Origin: Eledone cirrhosa
Taxonomy: Eukaryota
Length of the DNA: 64,000 bases
Direction: 5' to 3'
Assembly (NCBI GenBank): GCA_964016885.1
Contig: OZ024747.1
Coordinates: 64,232,001-64,296,000, forward strand
Shown here: piece after piece, positions 12,830 to 24,931 of the stretch
Numbering within the stretch: position 1 is the stretch's first letter
How the letters are laid out: each line of letters opens with the position of its first letter
The notes under the pieces: model-generated
What the model saw: only the letters and a program-made list of their open reading frames with translations
Databases searched by the model: none
Told to the model about the DNA's origin: nothing
Translations under genes and position numbers: made by a program

Positions 12830-13290
12830 GTTCGAACATTGCTATCGCCCGATAAAATGCTAAACATTGTGAGGTATGAATGTGGTTCTTTAAACCAGCC
12901 AAAGTCTTGCACACTCTGGTACATACATGGCGACTATAGGCTTTTCTGGGACTTTCCATTGCTTTGTTCTGGCTGTGTTTTCTCATGTCATTTAAGATCT
13001 CCCATGCTTGCACATTCCTTGCCACATTCCTTACACCTTTTCAGATCATAATCTACATGAGGTCTACTGATAGGACTTTGTTCATGTCTAGTCAAACCAC
13101 CTTTGCTCAGGCAGACTCGAGCTACAGTGCTGGCAAACCAAATGATGCTCAAAGGCAGGCAGTTCAGAACAGTCTCTTTTCCCCACCTTACTTTTCAGTG
13201 TTAGGTGTTCTCTTCGACGAATTTCAAACTGTTCACTATCTGACTTAATCATACATCTCCCCTTCACAAGTTCCTCAGCCATTTTCTCCC
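12830..13290 (-). mobile_element. RTE LINE 3' fragment with C-terminal Zn-finger remnant
   Basis: Fragments ..AEELVKGR.. and HVCTRVCKTLAGLKNHI (decayed C2H2 motif of RTE ORF ends). Confidence 0.65.
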
Positions 13291-13309
13291 ATATACATAT
13301 ATACGTACA

Positions 13310-13390
<81 letters not shown>

Positions 13391-13398
13391 TATACATG

Positions 13399-13469
<71 letters not shown>

Positions 13470-13524
13470 CATACATAATATATATACATACACAATACAT
13501 ATATGAACATATATACATAATACA

Positions 13525-13614
13525 ACAACCACGTCTCGAGCTACCTGCCTGAGAAACAATTGTAACACTCAATAAATTAAGTCCAGATGCATCACTGATT
13601 TTTCGTTTTCTTTA
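13525..13614 (+). mobile_element. Family E PLE tail fragment (hammerhead 3' half)
   Basis: gaGAAAC-aatt-GTA-acactcaataaattaagtccagatgcatcactgatt resembles 24243-24305. Confidence 0.6.
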
Positions 13615-13699
13615 TAATATATATATATATATAGATTTGACTGCTATTTCTAGCAGTTCAAGTTTATACATATATATATATATATATATATAAATATAT

Positions 13700-13838
13700 A
13701 TTTATTAAAATAACAGATTAAAGTTTAAGCAAAGAATCGCTGTTAATAAATATTTGCTCTACGGTTCTTATATATTTGATATATATTTTCCTTATCGAGC
13801 CCTCTTTGGATTTTAGTCTTCAATTTTATTATTATTAC

Positions 13839-13840
<2 letters not shown>
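13700..13840 (+). mobile_element. Family C PLE mini-insertion with inverted 5' part
   Basis: Inverted hammerhead 3' piece joined to the tail with GAGCCCTC (13797-13804); (TA)n both sides. Confidence 0.75.
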
Positions 13841-13914
<74 letters not shown>

Positions 13915-14135
13915 TGAACTGCTAGAAATAGCAGTCAAATCTCAGCAAAATAATTCAATGCAATTTTATATAAAGTAGGATACATTAAAGTTGGATAAAA
14001 GACACCGTATCACGTATTCTCGATCGGGGATGAAAATAACATTTTTGTTCAGCTTTCTAAATTTATTAGTAATATTATAAAATGGTTTCTTTCTTACTTA
14101 TATTCATAATTTCATTTCTCATTGTAAATTTATAT

Positions 14136-14324
14136 AATTGTTTCTACTTTAGGCACAAGGCCAGCACATTACCCAGTGTATTACTGGTACTTTATCTTAT
14201 CGACCCCGTAAGGATGAAAGGCAAAGTCAACCTCGGCGGGATTTGAAGTCAGATCGTAAAGGGACGTAACTATGCTGGAAAGCATGGCGTCCGACCCTCT
14301 ACCGATACTGCCAATCCACCGCCT
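14136..14324 (-). mobile_element. tRNA-derived SINE
   Basis: Reverse complement of the SINE core and tail. Confidence 0.85.
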
Positions 14325-14721
14325 ATTGTAAATTTATATAATAGTATTAAATATTATACTCATTTTTCAACAATGCCAGGCTTAAACATTAAATCTATAA
14401 CAATTACAAACGATTATATATTACTATGCTCTTTTAAATCCAATATTCCTTACACAAAACTTCACAGAAACAGATACACAAACATTCACACACACACACA
14501 TACATACGTGTGTGTGTGTGTGTTGCATCATCTTAATTTTACGAGTCAAAATCACTATACTGTAAATGTGGAAATTTTACAATATAGAAAATTCTAATGC
14601 TTACAATGTTTGGTAAACAAACGACTTATCTTTTTACTACCCCACTGTCTATCTCTATCTCTCTTTCTCTCACTCTCTCTCTCTCACACTCTCTCCCTCT
14701 ACATACATTAATATATATATA

Positions 14722-14898
14722 TAACGGAGGAAATGTGGTAAGGAACCAGGTGGACCATAACGCACTAAAATACTCAATACTTAGGGTAGTAGAGTGGGTA
14801 ATAGGAACGAGTAGGAACCCGACGGCTGAGCTCAAGCCGTTTCGACGGCTAATTCTCGTCGAAACGGCTTGAACTCAGCCGTCGGGGTCCTACTCGTT

Positions 14899-14901
<3 letters not shown>
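14722..14901 (-). mobile_element. Fold-back PLE mini-insertion, family A
   Basis: gacggctgagctcaagccgtttcgacg / cgtcgaaacggcttgaactcagccgtc hairpin plus tail; (TA)n flanks. Confidence 0.85.
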
Positions 14902-14963
<62 letters not shown>

Positions 14964-15896
14964 TATGTATGTTTATTTATATATCTGTCACTCTAACATC
15001 TATTTTATTCGACGTGTTTCGTGTTTTGTCTTGACCTATTTCCAAACATTCCTTATTTAAGACAATAAATCAGTTGTTTGGCAGATGTCTTAGATATGCT
15101 TTACAATATTTGCTTCGAATATACTTAAGAAAATTGCCTCGGAATATAGGTAATATAATTATAGAAAACAACCGTTATTAGAGTAGACAGGTATAGCAGA
15201 ATTATATAAGCTAATCATTTCTTTCTAAATTATACAGTGAAAACGGTATAAACCACTACCATTCCTTCAAAAGGAGTTAAGTCAGTTATGTTAACACATG
15301 TCTAACATCTCCTGAAAAAACTAATGGGGAAGATGTACTTCAAAATAAAATATTAAATTACACATAAATAAATTAATAAATAGTTAAATAGACAAATACA
15401 AACAAGTGATATTATGATAAAAAACAATTTCTGTCTGACGAAATGCAACATAATTTGTTTTAGGAAAAGCGAATGTCTAAGACGTAGCCAAAGTTTTCTA
15501 ATAAGAAAATAAGACATGCCAGTATTAATTTATGTTCTGAGTTATTCTGTTTCTATAGTGATTACCGTCGAGTTGATAGGGTGTCTGATTAGAACTTTTC
15601 AATTTAATACATGTATCTATAAATTTTCAATTCCAATTACTTGCGCCAATCTAACTTTTATATGTAAAATTGGAGTGGCGCGGTTGCAGCGTATTCTATA
15701 TATTTGTTGTTTTTTGTTGTTGCGCATGTGGACCTTTCCCCCATGCCTGAAGTGCTCCGGGCACTACAAGGTCTAAATCAAGCCCTGGTTCCATAGTTAA
15801 TGTTCTGAAAAGTACCATTTCTATAAATTAGATATAGGTATGAAGTTAACAATAAGATATTATTCTTAATTATATGAATTAAATGATAAATTCTTT

Positions 15897-16125
15897 GACA
15901 TGTGGTTCGAATGTCTCAGGAAAGAATCGCTGGACAGATTTTGCGGGTAAAACCATCCATTAGAAGACCCTTGGGTAGACCTTGGTTAGAAAACATCCAT
16001 GAGCTTAGCTGGTCTCGCTTGGCGATCCAGCCAGATCAGTTGGAGACAGTTGCTTCTGACAGGACCCGCTGGAAGGAGTGTTTGAGGATTCTGCCCCCAC
16101 AGCACTCTCAGGAATAAGTGGGCGA
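15897..16125 (+). mobile_element. RTE-type LINE 3' end fragment
   Basis: HVVRMSQERI...RRPLGRP.WLENI...ASDRTRWKE motifs. Confidence 0.7.
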
Positions 16126-16617
16126 AGGCGACGACAAAGACGAAGAAATGATAAATGCTTCCCGAAATGGGATAAAAGATATTCTGGCAGTACGTTTAAT
16201 AACATTTAATGAGGAATTATTAAATGTTTAATTCGTGCTTAATATGAATACATATTCTCCCTATAGCAATTTTTGTTTTATTAATATTAAAATTTGTCTC
16301 ATCAAAATTATAGTGATGTGAATTATCCTTACATTTTACGCCATGTGACCAGATAAATTTTGAATCCACGCTCTTTTATTTTTTAATCAGAGGGACAGCA
16401 CCCATTAACTTGCTCAGGGTCTCCGAGACTGGAGGAAATAACTATGCCTGACTTGGAATGAAGGTGCATTCAAAGGAGCCTTTCCTCCAAATCTAAGTGG
16501 ACAATAGTTACCGGTAAGTTAAATATGTCACTAGCATGAACGTTCTAGTTGATGATTGCATAAACATACATAATATACATACATATTTATGTAAAATGGA
16601 CAATACACGCACGCACA

Positions 16618-16675
<58 letters not shown>

Positions 16676-16752
16676 CACAGTTCGGGTCTAGTTTTTGAAA
16701 CAGCAGGATCTCAAACGTCGGGGTCCCGACTTTTTCAAACACACACACACAC

Positions 16753-16820
<68 letters not shown>

Positions 16821-16829
16821 TAAAAATTA

Positions 16830-17276
16830 GAAACTATATTTATATAACCATATTTATTTTATTATATATATATTTCAAGGGTACAAAGACACATTGGTAC
16901 GCTTTCATCAGATAAAATATAAACTTTGTTTTATAAATAGAGAGATACCCAAGAAAATCATACCTTATAGGTTCATTATTTAGCAACCAGTTATAATTTA
17001 AAGTACTCAACATTAAAGGATCTATTTATAAGTAGAAGGGGTATTTGATTTGTTAGAAGTCCAACACATATAAATGTTTATAACTGATTTAGAGCACTCA
17101 ACAGTTTACTAGAGTAAATATTCAATGGTATTAAATAAATGGAAACTATATTTATAAAACCCTATTTATGTTATTATATATATTTTAAGGGTACCAAGAC
17201 ACATTGGTACGCTTTCATCAGATAAAATATAAAGTTTGTTTTATAAATACCCATGAAAATCATACCTTATCGGTTA

Positions 17277-17280
<4 letters not shown>
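16830..17280 (-). mobile_element. Tandem (direct) pLTR/retrozyme-like unit, family F, period ~312 bp, two hammerheads
   Basis: aaactatatttat...gtacgctttcatcagataaaatat...aaaatcataccttat repeated at ~16831 and ~17143; (TA)n flanks. Confidence 0.8.
16856..16918 (-). ncRNA. Type I hammerhead ribozyme with (AU)n stem III
   Basis: attttat-CTGATGA-aagcgtac...gtaccctt-GAAA-tatatat-ATA-ataaaat. The second copy (~17170-17230) has GAAA changed to AAAA. Confidence 0.8.
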
Positions 17281-17315
<35 letters not shown>

Positions 17316-17317
<2 letters not shown>

Positions 17318-17478
17318 AAATATTTTAGTATCGTGAGAGAGTAGAAGGTTTATAGGGAGAGGCGATACATATAGTCATTTGCCATAAGCTGGTGCGTTTC
17401 GGGCGAAACGTACGTAGGAGCTTATTTTATAAACGTTCTAACATTCTGTATTCTCTTTCGTAATATTTTCATTTATAT
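17316..17478. mobile_element. Degenerate fold-back mini-insertion (family G)
   Basis: Centre cgtttcgggcGAAAC-gtac-GTA (palindromic hammerhead stem III); weakly inverted arms; (TA)n flanks. Confidence 0.5.
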
Positions 17479-18034
17479 ATATAATATGCTTACTTATACA
17501 TACATACATACAGACAGACACATATATATATATATAATAGAGTTGTACGTTTCATTAATAACAGATTGTCTGGCAATAAAGTTACTGAGGAAATAAGAAG
17601 GTAAGAGAAAGAGAAAAAAAAACGTATACATGTTTCAGAAGATATGTCAAATAGATAACTGTACTACTGGGACTAAGTCTGTGACAAAGTAAAAGAATTC
17701 ACTGTTGCATGAAATTTCCTGCTTCAATTCTGATAAAGTATGTAATCTTCTTTGATGTTTTTAGATCTCCAAGGAAATTTAGTGTCAGACCTAAGTATAC
17801 TAAATGCAATGATATCCTATGAACAAATGAAAGATCTTTTCTGGAACTTGCTGGGTATGTTTTCTATGTAACAGATGAAATATCTATCAATATTTCTCAT
17901 ATCAGTTTTAGTAAAAATGTTTCATCAGCATAGAGAACAGAAGAGCTGTATGGCTGAGAGATGAATTATTGGGGCTCGACGTAGCATAGAAACTAACAGT
18001 AATAGAAGGTTTTTTTCTATCGCAGAGTGTGAAT

Positions 18035-18310
18035 GTTGGTTGTGGGAAATGCCGGGTACACTTGCCGGCTCTTTGCTCTCGGAGTTCAAATTCTACCGAG
18101 GTCAATTTTGTCTTTCATCCTTTCCAGGTCGATAAAACAAAGAACCAGTTTAGTACTGGGATTGATTCTTCCTCTCTCTCTGGAAAAAATCTGCTGGACT
18201 CAGGCCTGGAGAGAGATGGGCTCCGCCAGGCTTAAGATGGCCCGAAATCGCTGTATATCTATACAGCGCCTCTACATCTAACAGGAGTTACGAGACCATA
18301 CAATACAAAT
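18035..18310 (+). mobile_element. SINE variant with extended 3' tail
   Basis: SINE core followed by ctcaggcctggagag...caggcttaa...caggagttacg, shared in reverse with 44875-45213. Confidence 0.7.
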
Positions 18311-18559
18311 ATAAATATCAGCAATTATACGTAAACATCATTATTGTGCTGTTAACGACTAGGTTATAATTAGGATTTGACAGCTAGTTTGGTGTGAATA
18401 TTTACCAATCCTCACTCATTTCTTCAAGGTTTAAGTAGATTCATACAATAACCATATTACAGGATACTTTATTTGACAGTTTTAATTGATCCAATTTGAA
18501 ATATTTAGATCTTCCGGAGAAAGAAAGAAAAAGAGCGAGATAGAATCGAAAGACAGTAA

Positions 18560-18602
18560 ATAGGCACAGAGAGAGAGGAGAGAGAGAGAGAGAGAGAGAG
18601 AG

Positions 18603-18662
<60 letters not shown>

Positions 18663-19000
18663 GAGAGACAGACAGGGAGATAGAGAGATAGACATAGAGA
18701 AAGAGAGAGAGGGAGAGAAAGCGAGAGCGAGAAAGTGAGCGAGAGAGAGTGAGAGAAAGAGAACGAGAGAGAGTGAGAGAAAGAGAGTGAGAAAAGGCGG
18801 GAGCGAGAAAGAGCGAGAGCGAGAAAAAGCGAGAGCGAGAAAAAGCGGGAGCGAGAAAGAGCGAGAAAGAGCGAGAGCGAGAGAGAAAAAAGCGAGAGAG
18901 AGAGAGCGATAAAGAACGAGAGCGAAAAAGAGAGCGAGAAAGAACGAGGGCGAGAAAGAGAGCGCAAAAGAGAGAGAGAACGAGAGAGAGCGAGCGAAAG
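18560..19000. repeat. (GA)n microsatellite drifting into GAGCGA(GAAA) variants
   Basis: Directly visible purine tract. Confidence 0.95.
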
Positions 19001-19224
19001 GGAATTCCTTGAATTGTTGCTAATTGTATGAAATCTAATTAGAGAGAGCTATAAGTAATTTATATTCAATCAACGAATGCCCTAATAAACAACCTGAAAT
19101 AGAAATTAATTCCACATTCCATGTTAAATGTATGACACATGAAACCTGCAATAGAAACAGTATGTAGGAGGTTTGGAAATAGGGAAATAGAAGAAATAAA
19201 TTTTTAAATGTACAGTAACTATAA

Positions 19225-20262
19225 TGATGGTGGTGGTGGTGGTGGTGGTGGGTGAATGGTGTGGGTGTTGGTGGTGGTGGTGGTGGTGGCGGTGATGCGG
19301 GTGAGTGGTGGTGGTGGGTGTTGGTGGTAGTGGTGGTGGTGGTGGTGCCGGTGATGCGGGTGAGTGGTGGTGGTGGTGGTGGTGGTGGTGGTGGGTGAAT
19401 GGTGTGGGTGTTGGTGGTGGTGGTGGTGGCGGTGATGCGGGTGAGTGGTCGTGGTGGTGGTGGTGTGTGTGATGGTGCTGCGGTGGGGTGGAGTGGTGAT
19501 GATGGTGGTGGGTGAATGGTGGTTGTGGTGTTTGTGAGTGAATGGTGATGGTGTGGGTGAGTGGTGGGTGAGTGGTGGTAGTGGTGGAGGCGGTGGTGTG
19601 GGTGAGTGGTGGGTGCGTGGTGGTAGTGGTGTGGGTGATGGCGGTGGTGGTGATGGTGGTGGTGGTGGTGGAGGTGGTGGTGTGGGTGAGTGGTGGGTGC
19701 GTGATGGTAGTGGTGTGAGTGATGGTGGTGGTGGTGATGGTGGTGATGGTATGGGTGAGTGTTGTGATGGTGGTAGTGGTAGTGGTGATCGTGATGTTGG
19801 TGGCGATGTTGAGGATGATGATTGTGATTGTGATGATGATGGTAATGGCGATGATGTGTATGATGATTGTGATTGTAATGGCGATGTTGAGGATTGTGAT
19901 GGTGATGTGATGGTGACGGTAATGGTGATAGTGATGGTGACGGTAATGGTGATGGTAATGGTGATGGTGATGGTGATGGTAATGGTGATGGTGATGGTGA
20001 TGGTGATGGTAATGGTGATGGTGATGGTGACGGTAATGGTGATGGTAATGGTGATGGTGATGGTGATGGTAATGGTGATGGTGATGGTGATGGTGATGGT
20101 AATGGTGATGACGGTAATGGTGATGGTGATGGTAATGGTGATGTTGATTGTGATGGGTAATGATGATGGTGATGGTGATGGTGATGTTGAAAGCGATGTT
20201 GAAGGCATTGTTGAAGGCGATGCTGATGTTGAGAATGATAATGGTGATGATGATGATGATGA
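19225..20262. repeat. Compound (GGT)n / (GGTGAT)n / (GAT)n low-complexity array
   Basis: Directly visible; source of the His/Pro/Thr-rich pseudo-ORFs. Confidence 0.95.
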
Positions 20263-20937
20263 TAACATTGTTGATTTCTTGGCAATTCATGTTGGCTGTG
20301 GTTGTGATGGGGATAAGAGGAAGGTGGGGGCAGATTGAAACAATGTTATGACAAGCTGAGGAAACTTACACCAACATCTGTGATCGTTTTCTTTGCAATC
20401 TTAGAAACTGATTTATTTAAACGTTACTGAAGAGACTATATAATGTACAAGACACAAAGTGATAAAAGTGATTAATCTTTTAAGGGTATAATAGATTTAG
20501 TGACGTTAGAGATGGAGAAAGAAAACGAAATGAATCAGGTGTTGTTTATAATTGTAAACAAAGTTTATAAAATATGGCTATATATTGATAATAAATAATG
20601 ACAAGTGCCTAACATAACATTTAGTCATTGTAAAAGATAAATCCTTCTCAAAATATCTTTCTTTCGTTAATATATTAAAGTAGAATTTAAAGTGCCACGC
20701 AGCACAGCTCTGGTGCTGTATTCCTTTATTCTTTTAGTGATTAGAATCCGGTCATGCTGGCCACCTCCTTAAAATAATTTAGTTGATCGTATCACCCCAG
20801 TACTTATTTATCGACTTTTGTTTTATTCCGCCTCGTTAGGGGCTATAAACCCACCCATCCACACATAAAATATATAAATATATATATCTCTGTATATATA
20901 TATATATATATAGGAATATATATGAATATATATATAT

Positions 20938-21368
20938 ATGAGAGACGTAAAATAAGAAAATTAAAAAATTAACTTACTTACTTAAATTTCACTCCCAACT
21001 AATTAGTTTCTGAAAGGGATTAAACGTACTATCCGAAGAGAGCACAGAGAAGCCTTTCGTCATCAGGGAAGTCTATTCTCAGCTAAGTTTCCAGGCAATA
21101 CGTGGACACAGGGAACTTATACAAAAATAATTCAGTGGATGGAAAAAGCAAAGCGAGGACTAATTCCAAGCCATTGATAAAATCACTGCCTACTGTGTCG
21201 GTGGCAAATTCAAAAGAATCAATCACGTGACATCGAGGTTAATCAGTGGATAGTGGTTTGTTCGTAAGACAGCAGCCGTATTGTTACTATAGCAGCAGTT
21301 TTGGCCATTTTTGCTCGACAAATAATTTTGGAGATAATTATAAAGAATTAGTATATCTAGTAACATTA
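20938..21368 (-). mobile_element. PLE 3' region (family H) with hammerhead
   Basis: Hammerhead at 20991-21072. Tail gagtgaaattt(t/a)agtaagtaagttaattttt...ttttacgtct(t/c)tcata recurs at 51717-51775; (TA)n flanks. Confidence 0.7.
20991..21072 (-). ncRNA. Type I hammerhead ribozyme, extended stem II
   Basis: acttcc-CTGATGA-cgaaagg...cctttca-GAAAC-taatta-GTT-gggagt; palindromic stem III ACTAATTAGT. Confidence 0.85.
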
Positions 21369-21520
21369 TATATATATATATATATATATATAAAGAATGA
21401 ATAATAAAACAGGTAGACATCATATAAAGGTAATTTATTCCGAGTGCTTTAAAATGTTTCAACAGTAGTTACACAGCCTAGTCATGTTATGTGCAAATTG
21501 GTAGTTATTTATTTGCAGAT

Positions 21521-22794
21521 ATTCAATTAAATAACCAAAATCTTGAAAGGCTACGTAAAAACATTAAGACATTTTTTAGTGAACTGGGTCTAAAAATAAC
21601 ATACGAATGCAATCATAAAGTAGTAACGTTTCTAGACGTAACTCTTAATTTGAATACAGGACTGATACGACCATTCCACAAGATAAATGAGACCTTACCT
21701 ATATTAATTTTAACTCGAATCCCCCACTTTCCATGATCAAATCGGTTCCTCGTAGTATTTCTCTCATAATCTCTCGCCCATCGTCTAACTCTGAGATTTT
21801 CAGTGAACATGCTGAATACTATAATAACGCATTAAGGAATGCAGACCACCGGGATAAAATAGAATACATTGATAAGAATCTCCATAGCAAACATAGCTAC
21901 ATACGAAATCAAGGAATATATAACCGGGGTACAGAAATACAAGCCCACACACGCAGTACCACCAGACATACTAATAATAGAAAATCATCACCAAACTCAA
22001 CTAAATACGTTGTAGAAAGTATACCTGGTATAATCCCATTGTTAATGCTTCGATTAGTACAAAACTATCTCTTTCATTCTTTAAGTTAATTAACAAGCAT
22101 TTCCCTAATTCCCATAAATACAGTAACATTCTAAACTCTAAGACTGTTAAGCTATCATACTCCACTGCACCAAACCTTGAAGCATACATAAAAAAAACTT
22201 AACTTAAAGCAATTATTAAACAACACTACAAAACAAAATATTTTAGAAACAGATGGACATAACGTAATATCAGCCTCCCAACCACCAAATGGGAGACGGG
22301 TATTACACAACCCACCTGAACTGTTATCCCAACCTATCCATGGTACACCTGCTATCCACAACAAAAACTGCAACTGCCACCTACCCGAAATATGCCCATT
22401 GAAGAATAAATGCCTAGAGTCCAACATTGTTTATGAATGTACTGTCGAATCGAACGACCAGAAATGGTATTGCATCGGGTCTACCACTAGCTCCTTTAAA
22501 TATCGCTGGTATCGTCATCGATTTTCGATTAAACATCCTGAACACCGTCTTGAAACCACGCTCGCCAATGATACCTGGCAACTCCGTGAATGCAACCGGC
22601 AGTTCACTTTGAAATGGGATAAATTATGCAGCGCTAGTGCATATCGGAGTGGATTGAAGCACTGCAGATTATGCAACCTTGAACTCTTTTATATCTTGAA
22701 ATCCCAAAACAACATACTAAATGACAGAATCGAAGGATCGTTATACTGCAACCACAAACTGAAGGCTAAATTTTCTCACTATAAAATAACTTAA
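21521..22794 (+). pseudogene. Frameshifted PLE RT C-terminus plus GIY-YIG endonuclease
   Basis: VTFLDVTLNL...RPFHK, YYNNALRNA, KTVKLSYS, then CNC..CPLKNKCLESNIVYEC...YCIGST..FKYRWYRH...CRLCNLE...LNDRIE..CNH (Naiad-type Cys pattern). Confidence 0.9.
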
Positions 22795-23378
22795 CATTCG
22801 AACTTGAGACTAGAGCACCACTTTCTCGCTAACTAATTTCACTCAATAACTACTTCCTAACTATACCCCCCCCCCATCCCCCATACACACACTGCAAGCC
22901 AGTACCATGCTTATCATTATAAATTGATACTTGAGTGCGATCAGCAGACTACAACTATGAACTCGATGTATACCGCCTTTCCTTCCCCTTCTCGTAGCTT
23001 TTCTCTGTCCCCCTCTTTCTCTCTCTCTTTCTTTCTCTCTCTTCCTTCCTCTCTCTCTAGTCTTCTGTCTACCCCCCTCCCTCTCCACATCTATCAACCT
23101 GCTCTCTGTGGCAATAAATAATTCCAAACTTGACAATACAAACACAATGCCTCAGTTGTCACATTGAGAGTAAGTAGTATAATAAAACCACTTGTTGGAC
23201 CCCCATCACAACATTTAGTTTAAGCTATCTGTATTCTTCAAACCACTCTCTCCCATTTATCCGACCTCTACATCTCTCTCTCTCTCCCTCTCCCCTTCTT
23301 TCTCTCTTCATTTTTCTACTCTATCTTCCCCAATAACGTCCTTTAAGAAATACAAGCGAATTTACACTTTAACCATTC

Positions 23379-23498
23379 TGCTCTGAAGACACGGTAGGAG
23401 AAGCAGCATTTGACAATTCAATATCTGCAAATAAATAACTACCAATTTGCACATAGCATGATTAGGCTGTGTCACTACTGTTGAAACATTTGTAAGCA
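23379..23498 (+). ncRNA. Type I hammerhead ribozyme in PLE pLTR, ~90 nt stem II region
   Basis: tgct-CTGAAGA-cacggtag...ctactgtt-GAAAC-attt-GTA-agca. Stem I extends (attct/ggaat) across a 3-nt bulge. Confidence 0.85.
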
Positions 23499-23843
23499 CT
23501 CGGAATAAATTACCTTTTTATGATGTCTACCTGTTTTATTATTCATTCTTTATATACACTCCGGAATATAGAAGAATCAGAAACTGAGTTTCTTTAACTA
23601 TTCTTCCATAACTCGTTGAGTAACTCCTCACCGTACGCCGACTCTATCTAGTGTAGTAACTAACCATTACTGCATTCAGGATAATCCTAAGCATTTCTTG
23701 CATTATATATATATATATATATAATTGGTGTTGGATGCTTAAAGCGTCCGTTAGCGGTAGGCCGTTTGAGCACTCGCTGATCTTCACCTCAGTCTGAGTG
23801 AAGTTGTACGGAAAAGGAAAAACAACCGTACAACTTCAGTCAG

Positions 23844-23886
23844 ACCGAGCTGAAGATCCGTATAAGGTGAAACAATTGTTCTCGGT
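23844..23886 (+). ncRNA. Minimal type I hammerhead ribozyme (family D)
   Basis: accgag-CTGAAGA-tccgtataaggt-GAAAC-aatt-GTT-ctcggt; palindromic stem III ACAATTGT. Mirror copy at 24418-24460 (-). Confidence 0.9.
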
Positions 23887-24168
23887 ATGGTGAAGTAACT
23901 ATTGTGGAACTACTTCTACCAAACTCGTTCCATGGACAGAGTTCTCTACTACTACGGATATAACCCTCCAGTGTTCTACTATTATATATATATATATTAG
24001 AAAAAAAGAGAATCAGTGTTGCGACGAATGGAATTTATTGCACATATTGCAATCGTTTCTTTGGCGACCAGCTCGAGGCACGATCGATGTGATGATCGAA
24101 CCTGACTCTGAAAATCGCAAGGTCCTCAGATACGCTTTGATTCTACGAAGCAGATTTTCCTAATGAGA

Positions 24169-24260
24169 CGTATCTGAGGACCTTGCGATTTTCAGAGACA
24201 GATTCGATCATCACATCGATCGTGCCTCGAACTGGTCGCCAAAGAAACGATTGCAATATG
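24169..24260 (+). ncRNA. Type I hammerhead (family E) with non-canonical GCA triplet
   Basis: cgtat-CTGAGGA-ccttgcga...tcgccaaa-GAAAC-gatt-GCA-atatg. The same variant is in the mirror arm; the relative at ~13553 has GTA. Confidence 0.7.
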
Positions 24261-24588
24261 TCCAATAAATTCAATTCGTCGCAACACTGATTCTCCTTTT
24301 TTTCTGATATATATATATATAATAGTAGAACACTGGAGGGTTATATCCGTAGTAGTAGAGAACTCTGTCCATGGAACGAGTTTGGTAGAAGTAGTTCCAC
24401 AATAGTTACTTCACCATACCGAGAACAATTATTTCACCTTATACGGATCTTCAGCTCGGTCTGACTGAAGTTGTACGGTTGTGCTTTCCTTTTCTGTACA
24501 ACTTCACTCAGACTGAGGTGAAGATCAGTATATGGTGAAACATTTGTTCTCGATATGGTGAACTAACTGTTGTGGAACTACTGATATA

Positions 24589-24663
<75 letters not shown>

Positions 24664-24667
<4 letters not shown>

Positions 24668-24871
24668 CGAAACATAAGTCAATTGCATGAACTCATAATC
24701 CTTTATTTACTGCTATATATATTTCGTTGATAGCTATTGAATGGCTTCATGCAATTATGAGTTCATGCAATTGACTTATGTTTCGTCACTATTATAACTC
24801 CGGAACTTATAACTTCGATGAGTGCTCCCTATCCGCATACTGAAGTACTGGATGTTACCAACACTTTCTTA

Positions 24872-24875
<4 letters not shown>
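24664..24875 (+). mobile_element. Fold-back PLE mini-insertion (family I)
   Basis: gtgacgaaacataagtcaattgcatgaactcataat inverted at 24753-24790; hammerhead 3' half on -; tail GAGTGCTC at 24820-24827. Confidence 0.7.

Positions 24876-24928
<53 letters not shown>

Positions 24929-24931
<3 letters not shown>

Larger units (their letters stand above)
21389..23704 (+). mobile_element. 5'-truncated Penelope-like retroelement (Naiad-type) with inverted 5' pLTR fragment
   Basis: 21389-21520 is the reverse complement of 23420-23556. RT C-terminus/thumb and GIY-YIG remnants at 21521-22794, hammerhead at 23379-23498, (TA)n at both ends. Confidence 0.9.
23778..24528. repeat. ~750 bp near-perfect palindrome built from family D + (TA)n + family E
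   Basis: Arms 23778-24134 and 24169-24528 are reverse complements with few mismatches; ~34 bp spacer. Confidence 0.95.

Noticed and set aside
19035-20351. Overlapping His/Pro/Thr/Gly-rich ORFs (266-416 aa)
   Set aside because: Open in several frames on both strands because of GGT/GAT repeats; no protein-like complexity.
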